The notes: generated by a model not told the origin, from the letters alone. A stretch of 56,958 nt of DNA, filler included, from Sphacelaria rigidula (GCA_964200075.2; 6 parts of 6 records of this genome joined end to end with filler, not necessarily neighbours in it), one strand, 5' to 3'. Positions 26,728-40,358 are shown, counted from the first letter of the whole stretch. Numbers and translations: made by a program.

Positions 26728-26848
26728 GGACTTGCACGAGATTACCCCCAGCGAGTATCTGGAGGTGAGCTCAGGGGTGCTGCACCCACTCAGCTATCAG
26801 CAGGCCAGGATCTACAACCTTCCGGTTGAGGGGGTTTATCTTGCTCAG
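26728..26848 (+). CDS. DEG7: Deg7/Nma111-type HtrA protease, exon
   Basis: caccag|g ... cag|gtgaag; DLHEITPSEYLEVSSGVLHPLSYQQARIYNLPVEGVYLAQ (conserved DLH.ITP...HPLSYQQAR). Gene is partial on this contig. Confidence 0.9.
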
Positions 26849-29385
26849 GTGAAGCTCATTGATGTCGTCGTAGGACCCCCGCAAAACTTTGTGCAGCCGG
26901 AGGTCGACATGAACGACCCGCGAAACCTGCCGAAGTTTAAAAACTCAGGTACATGTAGGAAGGTGAACGACCCTGAAGGCTTGCGATGCGAAACCGGCTC
27001 GTTGCTTCACCAGTATACAGCTTCGCATGGACTCGTGCGCGCGACCACCCTGTGCATTTGAACGCGGAGGTTTTCTGCAGTACTGACCGTGTCGAGGGGT
27101 GTTGGATGCATTAGTACCGACTTTGCAGCAGTAAATACGTGCAAGAACCCTGGCATATTATTTACTGTCGGTGACTTTTGACCGGTACTTTGTTTGATGC
27201 TCATGGGCTGACTAGTATTTCCAAGGGTTTCGTGGCAAGTTTTGGTCCCCCCTGAAATGCAACCCTGGTCAGGTGATGGCGCGAACAACATGTGGACATG
27301 TGAACGGCCCCAACCAAATCTGTTCGGACCCCCCGAGTCCGGGGGACTGTGAAGGAAGTTACACTCCTGGTCAACGTGTAACGGAAATCTAGGATGCGTC
27401 TATCTTCTCCATGGGAGTCTCTCGAGCTCTCCGATACCTGCATTGTACACACCTTTGCGTCGGTTGTGAATGAACCAGTGAAACATTAGATCGCTTGAGA
27501 CATGCCACTAGTCGAGCAATGAGCCAGTCACTCACGTCGCTGAAGCACGCAATAATGGATATATTCAAATAATCCACAAACTTTTGATGCATTGACCAGG
27601 CTGGCTACATGATGGAGCGAGCGTGGATTTCGAGCCAGTGTCTGATAACGTCTGTCGGCACAGACCCAACCCCCGACTTGGATACGTGCGAGGCTGCCCT
27701 TTGCAAGTGAGCGACAACAATTATATTGCTATCGTGAAATGAAACGTGTCGAAGATAGGGTGCGTTGGCGCAGGACAGGCGCAAACGCATGTCCCTGTTG
27801 CCAGCGCGATTGCAGAGGTTTATCTGTACGCCGTCGAATAGACTATCACGGCACGCCGCTACACCGAACACAGCAACAAGACGAGGGCATAAACATGAAG
27901 AAGAAAAAACGATGGCTCCACCTTTGTTTTTAGCCCTTCCTACACCCGTGCTTGCTGTTCGGAGATCCCATCCGCTGAAGAGCCGCGAGTTTGTGGAAGA
28001 TGATCCTGATTTTTTTTTGTGAGCGTGGATGACTGATTGCAGGACTTTCTACGCTCAGCAGGAGCTGTCGCAAAAGCGATTGAAATGTAACAGCCAATAG
28101 TAACGCAGCAGCCATTTCTCAATCCCTCGGGGAGGACGCACCTTTTTTTTTCCCTGTATCGTCCTGCTCTATAGGCTGGCTTGGTACATGTATTCCCACA
28201 AGTGCAGCTGGGGTGATCGCAGCTGCTGTGTTGTTGTATGAAGATGGCAATGTCTTGCTGGCTGCGGCTTTTGCACGAATTACCATGACGCGCAATATGT
28301 GCGTGGCGGCGGTCTTCCATACGCAAGCGCCGTCTCTTGCCGACAACAACTGTTCTGATTGCCCCCCCCCCCCCCCCCCCCCCCCCGCCGTCGCAGTGAG
28401 GGCGGCGGGGGGGAGCGAGAGCTCCCCCCCCCNNNNNNNNNNNNNNNNNNNNNNNNNNNNNNNNNNNNNNNNNNNNTTAATTAATTAANNNNNNNNNNNN
28501 NNNNNNNNNNNNNNNNNNNNNNNNNNNNNNNNAGTCATTTGACCATTGACCACGCATCCCTTTCGAGACAGAGCAGAGGGGGGGAGGGGGGGGATGTACT
28601 CATTTATCGCTTGCCTCAGTTGTTTGATCATTGGGGGAGAGGGGGGGGGGGCTCATGATCTTGCATGCCGTAGTCGAATGGCCGTAGGCCTGGCATCCCT
28701 AGAAAGCCGGGACGGAGCACGCCGGGTTTTTGCCGGACCAGACTCGTACTCAATCACCAAGCGCGAAGCGCCGTAGTGTGCTCGGCGAGTCGCATGAAGA
28801 GTGAGCGGTATCCTGCTGAGATTCTTCGACCGGGAGCGTACTGATTATCTTGCATTTGGGTGACAGCCTACTATGAGTGGCTTCATTTTCCGTTGTTCTG
28901 TCGGGTACTCGGGACCAACGCTGTAGCTCTTGGAGAGTAGGCCTGGAATGCTCTTCGGCACCCTTGGGTTGCCTCGCGGGATGGTCAGCGCCGTCTCCAT
29001 AGCCACGGCGAAACGACGGTCCAATGGTACTTGGGCGCCCCGTTCACGATGTGGGGGGGGTGCACGGGAGAGCCTATCGTGGTTGTGGAAGATTGTGGAA
29101 GATTCAACGTCGAAGTCCTGAAAAGAGACGGATAATTATATGACAATATTTGGAAAAACAAGGGCCGTTATTATCGACACATAAAACAAATGGGAGAAGA
29201 TCTGAAATTTTGGCAATCGCCTGAGGCTCATTATTATGTAGATCCAGTGTTGCTGTTAGATATCTCATTACAGATGGTGCTGATCTCGTCGTTTGCTTGC
29301 CTTCGTCGGCAAAGTAAAGGACAGGGTTATGCTTCCTGCCCGTGTATGACGTTCATAACTGTGGTAAACATCTTTCTCACAAGTA

Positions 29386-30870
29386 CAATATACAAAAAAG
29401 GGTACACCCTCGTGCTTTTGGAACAGAAAAGGGTCACTCATTTTCCGCTTTGGGGCGCGGCCCTGCACGCGGGCTGAACACCTCGGAAACACGTTCCAGC
29501 ACCTCAGCTCTACGCCCAAGGTGTCTGGGTAGCATGCCCGACCATTTTTTTTCATTTTCGTAAGTGCTACTAAGCTGAACTATGGCACCGAAATGAGAGC
29601 CTGTGAGATTTGATCGATGGATTAATTGTCGCACTTTAACTGACCCCCCAGGGGTCCAGCCGTAGTCTCATGATAGACGTACCCACGAAAAACGAAACTG
29701 AAACACGCTCCTAAGGAAAAGAAAGAAAAAAAAAACAGAAAAAAAAAACGTGAGAGTACCCTTTTTTGTGAACAAACCAGGAGGGTACACCCTGCCCTCT
29801 GCCAAAATATGTATATATCTTGCCCTTTTTTGTTCACCTGATAACTTGTTTTTTGTGAAATGGCCACCGTATAGCCGGCTCAGCAGAAGACACGCCGAGC
29901 GGTCACAACCATAACCATTGTCGGTTAAATCACGCTCCCACCAAAAAAGGCCGAAACCCAACGACCAAGCGAGTGTAGCCCCCTGCTAGTTGGCCCGAGG
30001 ACCCGAAAGATCCAACAACGCATACAGGGTGCTTGTGTGCCGGAGCTCACAAAAAAGCAACCAACATGTGTGAACATCTTGCCGACACACACGCTCGCAT
30101 GCCGTCACATGGTGACGATGTGAGACCGTTGGGGGATCTGCATTTTTGCGGCTCGGAAACAAAGATGGGCACCGACCGGATTCCGGATTGGAGGAAGAGC
30201 ACCTGAATCCGATTGCGTAAACTGCACAATCTATGAACAATTTAACAGCATTTGATCGAACAGTGAAACCTGAAAAATGATAATGGCCTTTAACTCATGA
30301 AAAAGAAAAAATAATCTTGGGGTCAACATATATATTTCGATTTGTGCCGTATTCATTGTCCGTACCAATTTTTAGGGTCCAACTCTAAAAAATGAGAATG
30401 GGCCTGCGAACTTCAAGCCTGCTTCTGGGCTGGCTCAGCTCGTAGTGCTGGTGTAAAATGAACATGAAAACAACAGCGTAATTTAACCGATAATGGCAAT
30501 GGTTGTGACTGCTCGGCTTCTGCTGAGCCGGCTGTACGGCAATCATTTCGCAAAAGAAGATTATCAGGTGAACAAAAAAGGGCAAGATATCTATTTTTAG
30601 CAGAGAGCAGGGTGTACCCTCCTGGTTTGTTCACAAAAAAGGGTAATCTCACAGGCTCTCATTTTCGGCGCCATAGTTCAGCCCAGTAACACTTAGGAAA
30701 ATGAAAAAAAATGGTCGGGCATGCTACTCAGACACCTTGCGCGTGGGGCTGAGACGCTGGAACGTGTTTCCGAGGTGTTCAGCCCGCGAGCAAGGCCGCG
30801 CCCCAAAGCTAAAAATGAGTGACCCTTTTTAGTTCCAAAAGCACGAGGGTGTACCCTTTTTTGTTTATTG
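29386..30870. mobile_element. Non-autonomous long-TIR (fold-back/MULE-like) element
   Basis: Inverted arms of about 400 bp (29386-29936 and 30475-30870) starting CAATAWACAAAAAAGGGTACACCCTCGTGCTTTTGGAAC; direct repeat tctttctcacaa at 29371-29382 and 30871-30882. Confidence 0.8.
29609..29749 (-). mobile_element. Short retroposon (SINE/LINE 3' fragment) inserted in the left TIR arm
   Basis: Absent from the other copies of the arm; flanked by duplicated gtgaga; homologous to about 24725-24820, where it ends in an (AATC)n-like tail on the minus strand. Confidence 0.6.
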
Positions 30871-33518
30871 TCTTTCTCACAACCTCTCTGTGACACGGGG
30901 TGCAGTCGGACAGGCTAGGGCGTGATCGACCGGCTCTCTCGAGATGCTGCAGATGAGTAAAAATACCGACTGTAGAAAGCCCTGTGCATAGATTGCAGCA
31001 GGCTTGCTTTCTGTGAATTGTATGCGAAGATATACCCAATTAAACCACCAGTTATACACTTTTTAGGCGGCACGGTAGCGTACACTCGTTGCAGCACTGC
31101 AGGCATGTAGGCAGCTGCTGGATTGTTTCTGCTCTTCACTTCGAAAGTACATATGTCTGCAAACAACGACCACCGTGGTTGACCCCAACAGTCCCAACAC
31201 CGCTGCCGGGGCACACACCGTCTAAGGAGATAGATACCGCCAACCCGCGGTGTTTTTTACTTCACGACATAGCCCAGGGTGTCACGAGCAAGGTTCTTGA
31301 TGATTCTCGCATGCTAGCGAGCGCCACGGCGTGCACCAAGGGCAGCTCTGCGGAGTATTGCGCTGCGGTCCGAAATATTCGGCGTCCGCCGAACGTGACG
31401 GCTTGGCGAAGAAATCTAGTCGCTTCATGTTCGGAAAACGCCAAGCGCCAGGTGCGACAACGCCTAAAGCCTTGGCGACCTCCGAAAAAACTGTGTCGAT
31501 AATGACGACCCTGAAAGAAAAATCCTTACAATGCCCAAATGTGGGCAATTTCGCCCTGTAGAGACCTTCAACTGTGACTTCAGATTTTTGTGATCATCTT
31601 CCTGACGCTACTGTACCTTTTCAACGAACATGATTACAGCGCCCTAGGCAACTCCGGCGGGGAGATATGATCTGCACCCCGTAACCGACTTTACCCATGG
31701 GACAGGAAGTATGTAGTCATTTTTCATTCATTCGGCTGTGCAAAACTACAGAACAAAAAGCTTGAAGAGTGGGGGTATTTTCAGTCTAGCAGGGACATGT
31801 TTGACCTCAAGTATTGTGCTCACAGACGCAATACCAGCACTAGAGTTCCTTCCATCACAAAGTAGGACAATATCCTAGCAGACTCGCGTCAAACGTCAAG
31901 TGTCACTTCAGTTAACAAAGACATCGTTATATTCAGCACCCCGACGCAAGGCACCCCAGCCGCCAGTACCGAAGCCCGCGTGTGTAGTACAAATTATGGG
32001 AGGTTTGCACTAACAATGCCGTGCCCCAAAAGCACCGTTGCAAGGGGGGATGATGCACTATACGAAGTTGTGTCTAAAGCTTGAACCCACAGCAGACCCG
32101 AACGGAGCTTTCGGAACTTCGAACGCCGCAGCTCCACCGCGCCCCCTTAGTCTTACTGCTACGCCGACCAGTATGGCCGCAGAAGTGAAGATTGGGGGTC
32201 CTAATCCCAACCTACATATAAGGTATTTTCGATATGGGTATATTTCCGTTGCTGAAAGCATGAGGAAGGAGGTGCCAAAATTATCGACCAGAATCGACGG
32301 GGGGTGTGAGTGCCGACCCAGTCCGCGATACCGAAGTCTCCAGCGACTACCGGTGGAGAGATTATCCCTCAAGACTATGGACTCGTCTCGACGACGGGAA
32401 GAGGCTTGAAAAAGCAACAACAACAGAAAACGTGTGCACGCTGCGATCAACTCCAATACCGCAATGCCCTTGTAGCGGCGACCTGTTGGTGCCGTGCCTC
32501 ACAATGACGAGCGCGAAACACCCTGGTGCTCTCGTCCTGGTGGCTGCCTTGTGCTGGGCACGGGATAGTGTCCGCGCCAAAAAGTGGGATGACTGTTCTG
32601 AGAGGTTATTTGCAAAAACGGCTTTCTCGCCGCGTGGATCGGTCGCGCCGGCCATGTTGCAGGAGAGCTAGGGTGGAGCTAGAAGGGTACTTCTCGTCGC
32701 AGTTGATAAAGGCTCACATAGTTGGTAATTTTGTTTTGAAGCGATTGATGCGGCAGGTCACCGGCACCTACATGACACACCATGTGTCCATGTGCTCGGA
32801 GAGCAAAGTACGGTGAGTCATAGCTATTGTGCGTGAAACATAACCAAGGAATTGGAACAGCACCATAATACAGTAAGGCGGCGAATAGACAGAACGTTTC
32901 CGGAAATGGCAGTGCGGGCCCGTCGTGGAAACGCTTGCATCGCACTGTACAACCGTGGGGTCAGGCCGACGCCATGGACGGTACCGTCGCGTAACCGCGC
33001 CCAAACACGAGCTGTTCGCCCGTTGACCCGTGAGGAAATCAAGCCGCTCATGCTTGGTCCAATAATGCGAGAAGTGAATGCTGCACTGTTGTGGCATAAT
33101 TCATTATCAGGAAACCTGTACCCTGTTGACACCGCGGCTGTGTAAGGAAATCAAAGAACGATACGAGTATACTAAAGCAAACCGTCGATTGCACCAAGCT
33201 ATACGCTGCTTTTACATGTAGCGTCCCCAAATACACACAAATTGCGAAGCAGAACAAGCCCCCCCTTCCAGTTCAAAGTGGTCCAGGGCCGGTGAGGCCA
33301 CCCGTGTCAATAATTCAACCGGCTCGGCCGCACCCCTCTCTAGCCGTTCGCTCTGGTGCTGTACGAGACAAACATGCCGACTCGGTGGGCAAAACAATGG
33401 ATTGCAGACAGATCGCTTACTTGTATGTCACGCGTACTTGTACAGGAGAAAAAACGTAAGGAATTGGGTTCAAACATGGAAGTTACGGTCCTCCCGAAGC
33501 GCGAAACAACGTGCAGAT

Positions 33519-33734
33519 CTACATTCCGCCCCCGCCCCCTTGAGTCTTCATTAGCCTGCCCATCACAAACTCGCTTGTATCGAAGTACTTCAACACGGTC
33601 GCATTGATGCAACTTTGTTCCGAGCTTGACAGAGAAGAACCCGGCTTCTGTACACACTTGGTGAAGGCTAAGTCCGTCAGCCGAGACACGATTGCCTGCA
33701 CTGCGGCCCGCTGTTGTTCTGCTTGCAGCGCCGC
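33519..33734 (-). CDS. TIM8: Mitochondrial small Tim chaperone, Tim8-like, exon 2
   Basis: gaacag|gcg ... TAG; AALQAEQQRAAVQAIVSRLTDLAFTKCVQKPGSSLSSSEQSCINATVLKYFDTSEFVMGRL matches the Tim8/DDP pattern (EQQ..., KC..KPGS.LSS.E..C, F.DTS.F...RL). Confidence 0.88.
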   Translation of the reverse strand, partial: AALQAEQQRAAVQAIVSRLTDLAFTKCVQKPGSSLSSSEQSCINATVLKYFDTSEFVMGRLMKTQGGGGGM

Positions 33735-35501
33735 CTGTTCTCACGGTACAAAGGGTCAACAGGACCCAAGTGCAAATTTGTCGCATGAAGCAAAGCCAAG
33801 CGGAACACAGTGTCAACAGTTAGAAGCCGAGCGGACGGAGCGACATCAAGCGGTGACGGAACGGTGTAAGCTCGTCGTGCCGACACTGGAGAAGGCTCGT
33901 GGCAGTCAAGTATTAGTGAAGGAGTGATCCTCGACGGACACTTGTGGGAACATTCCCCTTCTACATGGTGGTGCCCTCATCACCCCCCACACCCCTCGTT
34001 GGCAATGACGCTGAAAAACACGCCACTCAATGCGTAAGCTACGCAACCAGGTTACCGATTTGTTTTGCGCCCTTGCGTTTTTTTTGCGGTAACCATGATG
34101 GTGGTCGAGCTAAATCATTTTGTGCGGGATGGGAGAACCTCAACTCCGCGCAAAGGAGATGATGATCATACTACGTAGTGTCTACATGGTGAGATGCCCA
34201 GGAGGCAGCGTGTAAGCTGTGGCTGTCTCTGGAAGTGGCGATACCAGAGAATAAAGAATTTTATGGTAGGTTGTCATCCACATGCAAGACAATTAGGCTT
34301 CGGGCAGAACAATCTTAGCAGGATGCTGCTCACCCTTCATGCGACTCGCCGAACACACCACGGCGCTTCGCGCTTGGTGATTGAGTACGAGCCTGGTCCG
34401 GCGAACACCCGGCGTGCTCCGTCCCGGTTTTTCAGGGATGCGATGTCAATGGTCATATGACTGATGGGCATGCAAGATCATGAGTGCACCCTCCCCCCCC
34501 TCCCCCGCCTTATGAGGTCGTGTCTTAACAACTTATTTTTCGATTGAAGAAGTGCGGCGGGAAAGAAAAATTCCGATCTCATAGGTCGTCATTCATGCTC
34601 ACGCCATTTTCGATTAAATGGCGACCAATTAGGTGGGGATTTTTCTTTTCCGCGGCACCTTCTCGATCGAAAAGTGATGTGCCAAGACACCCTGAGCCCC
34701 CTCGTATGTTTTCTAAACGAGAAAAGGATTCTAGGCGTGACGTTTCTCTCCGGCTAGCGGTGAGGATGCACAGTTTTCTTCACATGTATTTTACGTGCGT
34801 TAGGTTCGCAAGCCATAAATCTCCCCGGAAGAAATCCCCGTGACACTGTGAACTCTGTTTCGAAGTCATCCATTACTGTAGTCATCTATCTGGTCCCGGA
34901 TCGACCTTGACCCCGAGCCAAATGGGCAGGAGACGGGGAAAACGACTACTTGAGAAGCTGCTTTCTACCCCGACAATACGAGCCAGAGGTGGGGCAACGC
35001 ACTATGTGATCCTAGCGCTAAACCTAACTCGAAGACACACGTACAATATTTAGGGCAAATGGTTCCACATGAACAAGTACCTGCTGCCATGAATCCTGAC
35101 GATGAGATGATTCAAGGCCGCACCCTCGAGATGTTATACTGGAGATGCCGACCCACCTTGTTCAATTAGAAAAAATGTGTGTATCCACAGGTCACTATAC
35201 CGCACACAGCACAGCAAATCAGGCGACCATATCCGCTGAGGGGTTAAATTCAGTTGATGCCCCACGAGAACAGCGTACGTTGCTCTCGCACACAAACGCC
35301 CTCATGGAGCCTGTGGCGTCTTCGACAGACTTGCTCGGAAGAAGTCTCGCCGCACAACGCAGTTACACCGGGCTCTCTCTGTACTGCTACAATGAACGAT
35401 AGCATAGACGAAAAGCACCTGCGCCAAATTTTCACCGTCACAGCAAGTCCACGAAGATATTACACATCATCGATGCCTACTGTTTTATATCGCCAACACA
35501 C

Positions 35502-35663
35502 CTGTAGGTCAGCCATGGACCCCGCAGCCCCACCGCCCCCGCTACCACCCCCCCCACCGCTCGCGAAGTTCGTTCCACTCTCGAAGGCTGAGGTGTCGAA
35601 CGAGGGTTCCGGCTCGACTGTCCGCTCCGGTTCCTTGCTCTTACCGCCACCAAACCAGCTCAT
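35502..35663 (-). CDS. TIM8: Tim8-like small Tim, exon 1
   Basis: ATG ... gac cta cag|gtgtgt, 54 codons (MSWFGGGKSK...MADLQ); phase-0 join gives a 125-aa protein. Confidence 0.8.
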
Positions 35664-36340
35664 TTTTGGCCTTTATATCTCGCCCACGTGAGCGCGCAGA
35701 TGGGGTGTGGTATGCGGGATCGTGCGATAAGACAAAGTCAGCACAGAGACGCCGCACCCAACCAGGGGGCTATTAATGATGACTTCGATTATGTGATTAG
35801 AGTATGACATGGTTTGCTATGTTTATTGCCAACGGTTTTTTACTCAAGCAGGACGAGCAGGCTCGGTGCATCAGTGGACGGTACCGGTTTGTGCGGCTGC
35901 GTTCTCAGCGCTGGAGGACGTGGTCAGCGCGTTTGGAGACAAGCAGGGCCCTAACCGTCTCTTCGACGATGAAAGGCTGCCAATCTTGAGGTGTTTTCTC
36001 CAACATATTCTATCAAAATCCTTGTCTGAATTGTTCAGGGCATCAGGGTAGAGAAGCTTCGCTGATCGTGGCTGCTCGGAGGCGCGTAGCACTGCCGTTA
36101 CCTACTGTTGACCTAGCTGTACTGTACTGGCTACTAGGGTTGCCTCTGGACATCCCATCTACAAATGCTCCAGGCCACCGTGGTGCTTTTGGTAACAATC
36201 GTTAGCATTGGAGCAATCGGCATCTCTCAGAGGGGGCACGCTGCGATTTTCCTGTATTGAGCGCTGCGCTGAGCCTGCAAAAAGGAAGAGGGAAGGATCA
36301 ATTGAAGAGACCTAGGTCCTACACCGAGGGAGCACTTTAG

Positions 36341-36766
36341 GGCGGGACGGAACCCACTGATCACATGGTGCTACCAGCAGCTCATGCCCAAGGGCTCGCG
36401 ACCCCGGCAATAACAGACAATTGCCCAATGCCCAGCATAACATCAGACGATCCGCTGGACTTCTTCGGGGCGATACGGGATCTCGTGGAGCGGGGCCTGA
36501 GCGTGGAAGAGAGAGCGAAATATGGAGCGGTAGATGGGGGCGGTCCGGGGTCAGCGGCGACCCCGGCACGTGTATGTTTTCCTCGTGTTGGAGAAAATAC
36601 GCAGCAGCAGGGGGTGGGAGGGGGTGATGAGGCGGAGCAGTCCACTAGTGCAGTTGTTGCTGCGTTACAGCAGCAGTTGGAGGAGGCTACGCAGCGCAAT
36701 GCATTGGTGAGAAGAAGGTTGGCGCTTTTTCCCCAGTCTGCTGATCCTCGGCGGCACTACAGGCGG
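36341..36766 (+). CDS. Putative exon of an unknown protein with a short coiled coil
   Basis: GC-rich open frame after cactttag, protein-like (DPLDFFGAIRDLVERGLSVEERAKY; VAALQQQLEEATQRNALVRRRL). Boundaries uncertain; no family recognised. Confidence 0.4.
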
Positions 36767-39049
36767 TACCGTACTACGGGTTCGGGTGTACAAATCTTCA
36801 AATCTTCACTCGACTCGTCTCGACTCCCGTCTGACTGTACTGTGTGTGCTATTTCGCACCTATTTTTATCATTCATATACACATGTCTCATGTTGACATG
36901 TTCTTTCTGTGACAGTCAGTAGTTGCGCTTCAGCCCGGGGGGGCACGTTCGTACAGCCAATACTCCCAGTGCTGCAGTTTCATGTTCATCATTTTTCGGC
37001 AACGGCCTTGGCCAACTGCCGCCTTGATTCATCGACGCCAACTGTCGGACATCTATGTCGAAATTCCCCCGTGGTCATGTACATCTCTTTCGTCGTCTGA
37101 TGCGCCTGGTACTGCGTCCCACGATATTAGCCCGGATGCTGGACTGGAATGTTGATACGCGCCGGTGGCGTGGTCTACGCTCATGCTGTCAAGACCTACG
37201 TATGTCGTACATCTTCCCGCCCGTAACAAGATACCGATGTTTTGTGTTGCACACCAGAATTTGTCCGCCTGTACGAGCGGTCCTGGACAAATTCGCTATT
37301 TCCTGGTAGAGAATGATGTGGGTTACTGCACTCTGACCGTTCATCAATTGAGCCGACGGCTGTGGGTATCTTTCATGACGCTTTCTGGCTGGCAGATTTT
37401 CGTCCTGCATTTTTTCGAAGTTGAAATAAAACTGCCGACCCCCGCATCTACCGGCATGACCGGCGCTCGATAAGGGGTCTAGGATACTCAGTCAGGATCC
37501 GCGCCATGAGCTTGGCACGTTCCAAGTCATGGTCACCGATTATTTGGAAGCCCCCGCCTAACGAGCGGATCTTTAGGGATTTTTGTTTCAGGGCTGATCA
37601 GGTTGTCCGAAGACGCCGACAGCACATCTTTTCAACCGTAAACTTGAGCGCTGAGGATGCTCAACCAAACCTGTACCGTCAGTCCCCGGATTCACAGTAA
37701 TTTGATTAGGCCGCTTCTTAGGCCGCTTCCTTTATTATTATTATTATTATTTCCGCACATTAGTCCGATCTCGCGAACCCGTGGTCACAGACGTAGGCTC
37801 GCCTTTCCAATACCGTCCCTGCTATAATGGACAAGAATAAAAACCCAGAAAAATGTCGTTTTGGAGCTTTTACGTCGTTTTATATCCCAAAAGCGAGCTA
37901 GGCGGAATTTGACACCTTGAAATGACTTGCTCTACTAGTTGNNNNNNNNNNNNNNNNNNNNNNNNNNNNNNNNNNNNNNNNNNNNTTAATTAATTAANNN
38001 NNNNNNNNNNNNNNNNNNNNNNNNNNNNNNNNNNNNNNNNNGGGAGGATAGACGACATTTCTCTACGATCAACCGCATGTCGTTGCATTCGAGACCCACG
38101 CCATCAACACTCTGATTCTGAAGTATTTGCACTCTGAAATGACAAAAAAAGCTTTCGGAACTCTCTACTGTCCACCCTCTAGATGATGAAACACCTCCAG
38201 GGGCTTTTTTTCTGTCAGACGCGGTAAATTTCATATGAAGGAATGATTCGGGGTGGCCAAATGGCCGCCTGTGCACGGTATTTTTGGGAATATTGGTGCG
38301 TGTTGTGTGGTACTGACCTCGAGACAGACCAACTACCGTCGCGTAGGCAGTAATATGTGGCAGAGGTTGCACCATGGTGTTTAGACCACTTGCTTCCACA
38401 GCAGAAGATCGAAAAGACAGATGAGGTTTTGGAGGCTCTTCACTTGGCCAAACCAAAACCAAAAAGTCTCTTTTGCATGCAGAGGGATGAGGAAAGAGAG
38501 GAAAGTGGTTGCATGGGCGGTGGAGGTGACCGAGTCCAAGCATCCTCAATCCTGGAAGGAAATCTAAAATCCCGACACGTACGTGAGATTGAATCGTATC
38601 CTTAACTCAACACTGCTGACGTGTTGGTCTTGCCAGCTCGCAGACTACATTTACTGCAAGCTACGGAACTCCGTTATCTTGATACAGTAGACTACTATAC
38701 AACAATGGCAGCACCCTTCTTACTGTAGTACCCGACGTGCTTATATCGCACCACGTGGAAATTCATCTTCGCCAAAGATCCTCATGAAATGGCACATTAG
38801 GGCCACGGGAGGCAGGGCCCAAAGGCCCACTTAACACGCTAGGCCGAGCAGGGATGGAGCGAATTCAGGGACCACACCAACTTAAGCTATAGGAATCGCA
38901 GGGTTCTATCCTTGTACTTCAACGGAGACAGCCGTGTGTGCGGATTTACCACGTATAACAAGAACATAACAACACGCAACCGCGGGGAAGGGATGCATGG
39001 AAGGCGGCACACGGTAGAAAAAAGAGTACAAAAGAAGATGATGGGCAGT

Positions 39050-39900
39050 CCTGCCACTACCGCCACGTTCAGTGTGGTACAAGCTAGCTACATGTCCTTC
39101 ATCTCCTCCCTACTCTCGTTGGAGATCTCGTTTAATCGCACGTATTCTGCTGACCTCCTCCTCGTTCTTGTGCCAAGAGGTTATGAGGCTCTCCGCTCCC
39201 TGCAGCACCCCCGCGTGGCACAGTATCCCTCATTCCTTCTCCGCTGCTGAGGGCCAAATGACATTTTCAACTCCGAACATCCTTCGGTTGTCCACAGTAG
39301 ACCTCTTTACGGTTTCGAAAGCTTGAAGATCGTCCCTCAGGTACTTCAGCCAGTTGTGCTCCTAGCACCGTGGTCCTAGATCCTCCCTACTCGTATCACA
39401 CGAGTGTTCCGGATGTCATCTTCGGTTGTCATCCCCGTCCGGTGGTCTGGCCAGGGCTTTCGCAAACAGCAGCCACCGTTACCGGACATCGGCTCCAGCA
39501 CTTTGACATCCGGTTTTCTTGAGTACCTCGCAGTAAGATAAGTGTCGGTATGTGCCAAGCACGCGGTGGTGCCCAACTATTCGCAGGAGAAGCCGATAGT
39601 GTACCATCTTTAGCAACCAGTATTGCTCGGGGCGCGGGGTTCACGTCATGCATCCGTAGAGTAGAGCCTCCATCACCTCCGCCGTCAGCTGTCTGACCTT
39701 GAGTCTCGGAGGTGCTTTCACTCGGTCAACGATCTCCCGGGATAACCTTCTGATGCGCGCTCACGCTGCTCTGCTCCGGCTATTGATCTCTTCTGTGAAC
39801 TCGCCGTCTTCGTTGACGAGCCCATTCGATTATCGGAACTTCGTGGTTCGTGCGTACGTCCGGGCCGCTGCTTCGATGGATAGTGGCGGGGAAGGTGGTG
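39050..39900 (-). mobile_element. Degenerate RTE-clade LINE, 3' part
   Basis: Minus-strand translation with stops: LSIEAAARTYARTTKFR*SNGLVNEDGEFTEEINSRSRAA*ARIRR...LKVRQLTAEVMEALLYGCMT*, the post-RT region of RTE ORF2; homologous to 46590-46850. Confidence 0.8.
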
Positions 39901-39902
39901 TC

Positions 39903-40358
39903 AACACGGGATCTTATGCATTGGGGGTGGATGTTTTATTGTGGATGAGAAACCTGGAGAGTTAAAATCTTCTTACAAGTATCCATACCGCAATTCTTCG
40001 AGATATGTACGGTTTTATTCCTTCATTTACTGATAGCTATTGGCAACTGCTACACGCAATAGAAACTTGGATTTCGATCACCGAAATGTTGCGGTCCTAG
40101 GTGAAAAACCGATTTCGGAACCATTTTGGCGTCCGCTCGGACACCCAAAATTCCCCAAAGTCGGTTTCTCATCTAGGACCTCAACATTTCGGTCACCGAG
40201 ATTTAAATTTTTGTGACGTGTAGCAGTTGTCAAAAGCTTTCAGTAGGTGAAGAAATAGAACCATATTTTGAACATTTGGTGTGGATACGAAGATATTATT
40301 TCTCCGGGTTCCTCATCCCCAATAAAAGATCCATCCCCAATTTTTAAGATCCCGTGTT
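39903..40358. mobile_element. Fold-back MITE inserted at/into the RTE remnant
   Basis: Termini AACACGGGATCTTA / TAAGATCCCGTGTT; palindromic body related to 23411-23873. Confidence 0.8.
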
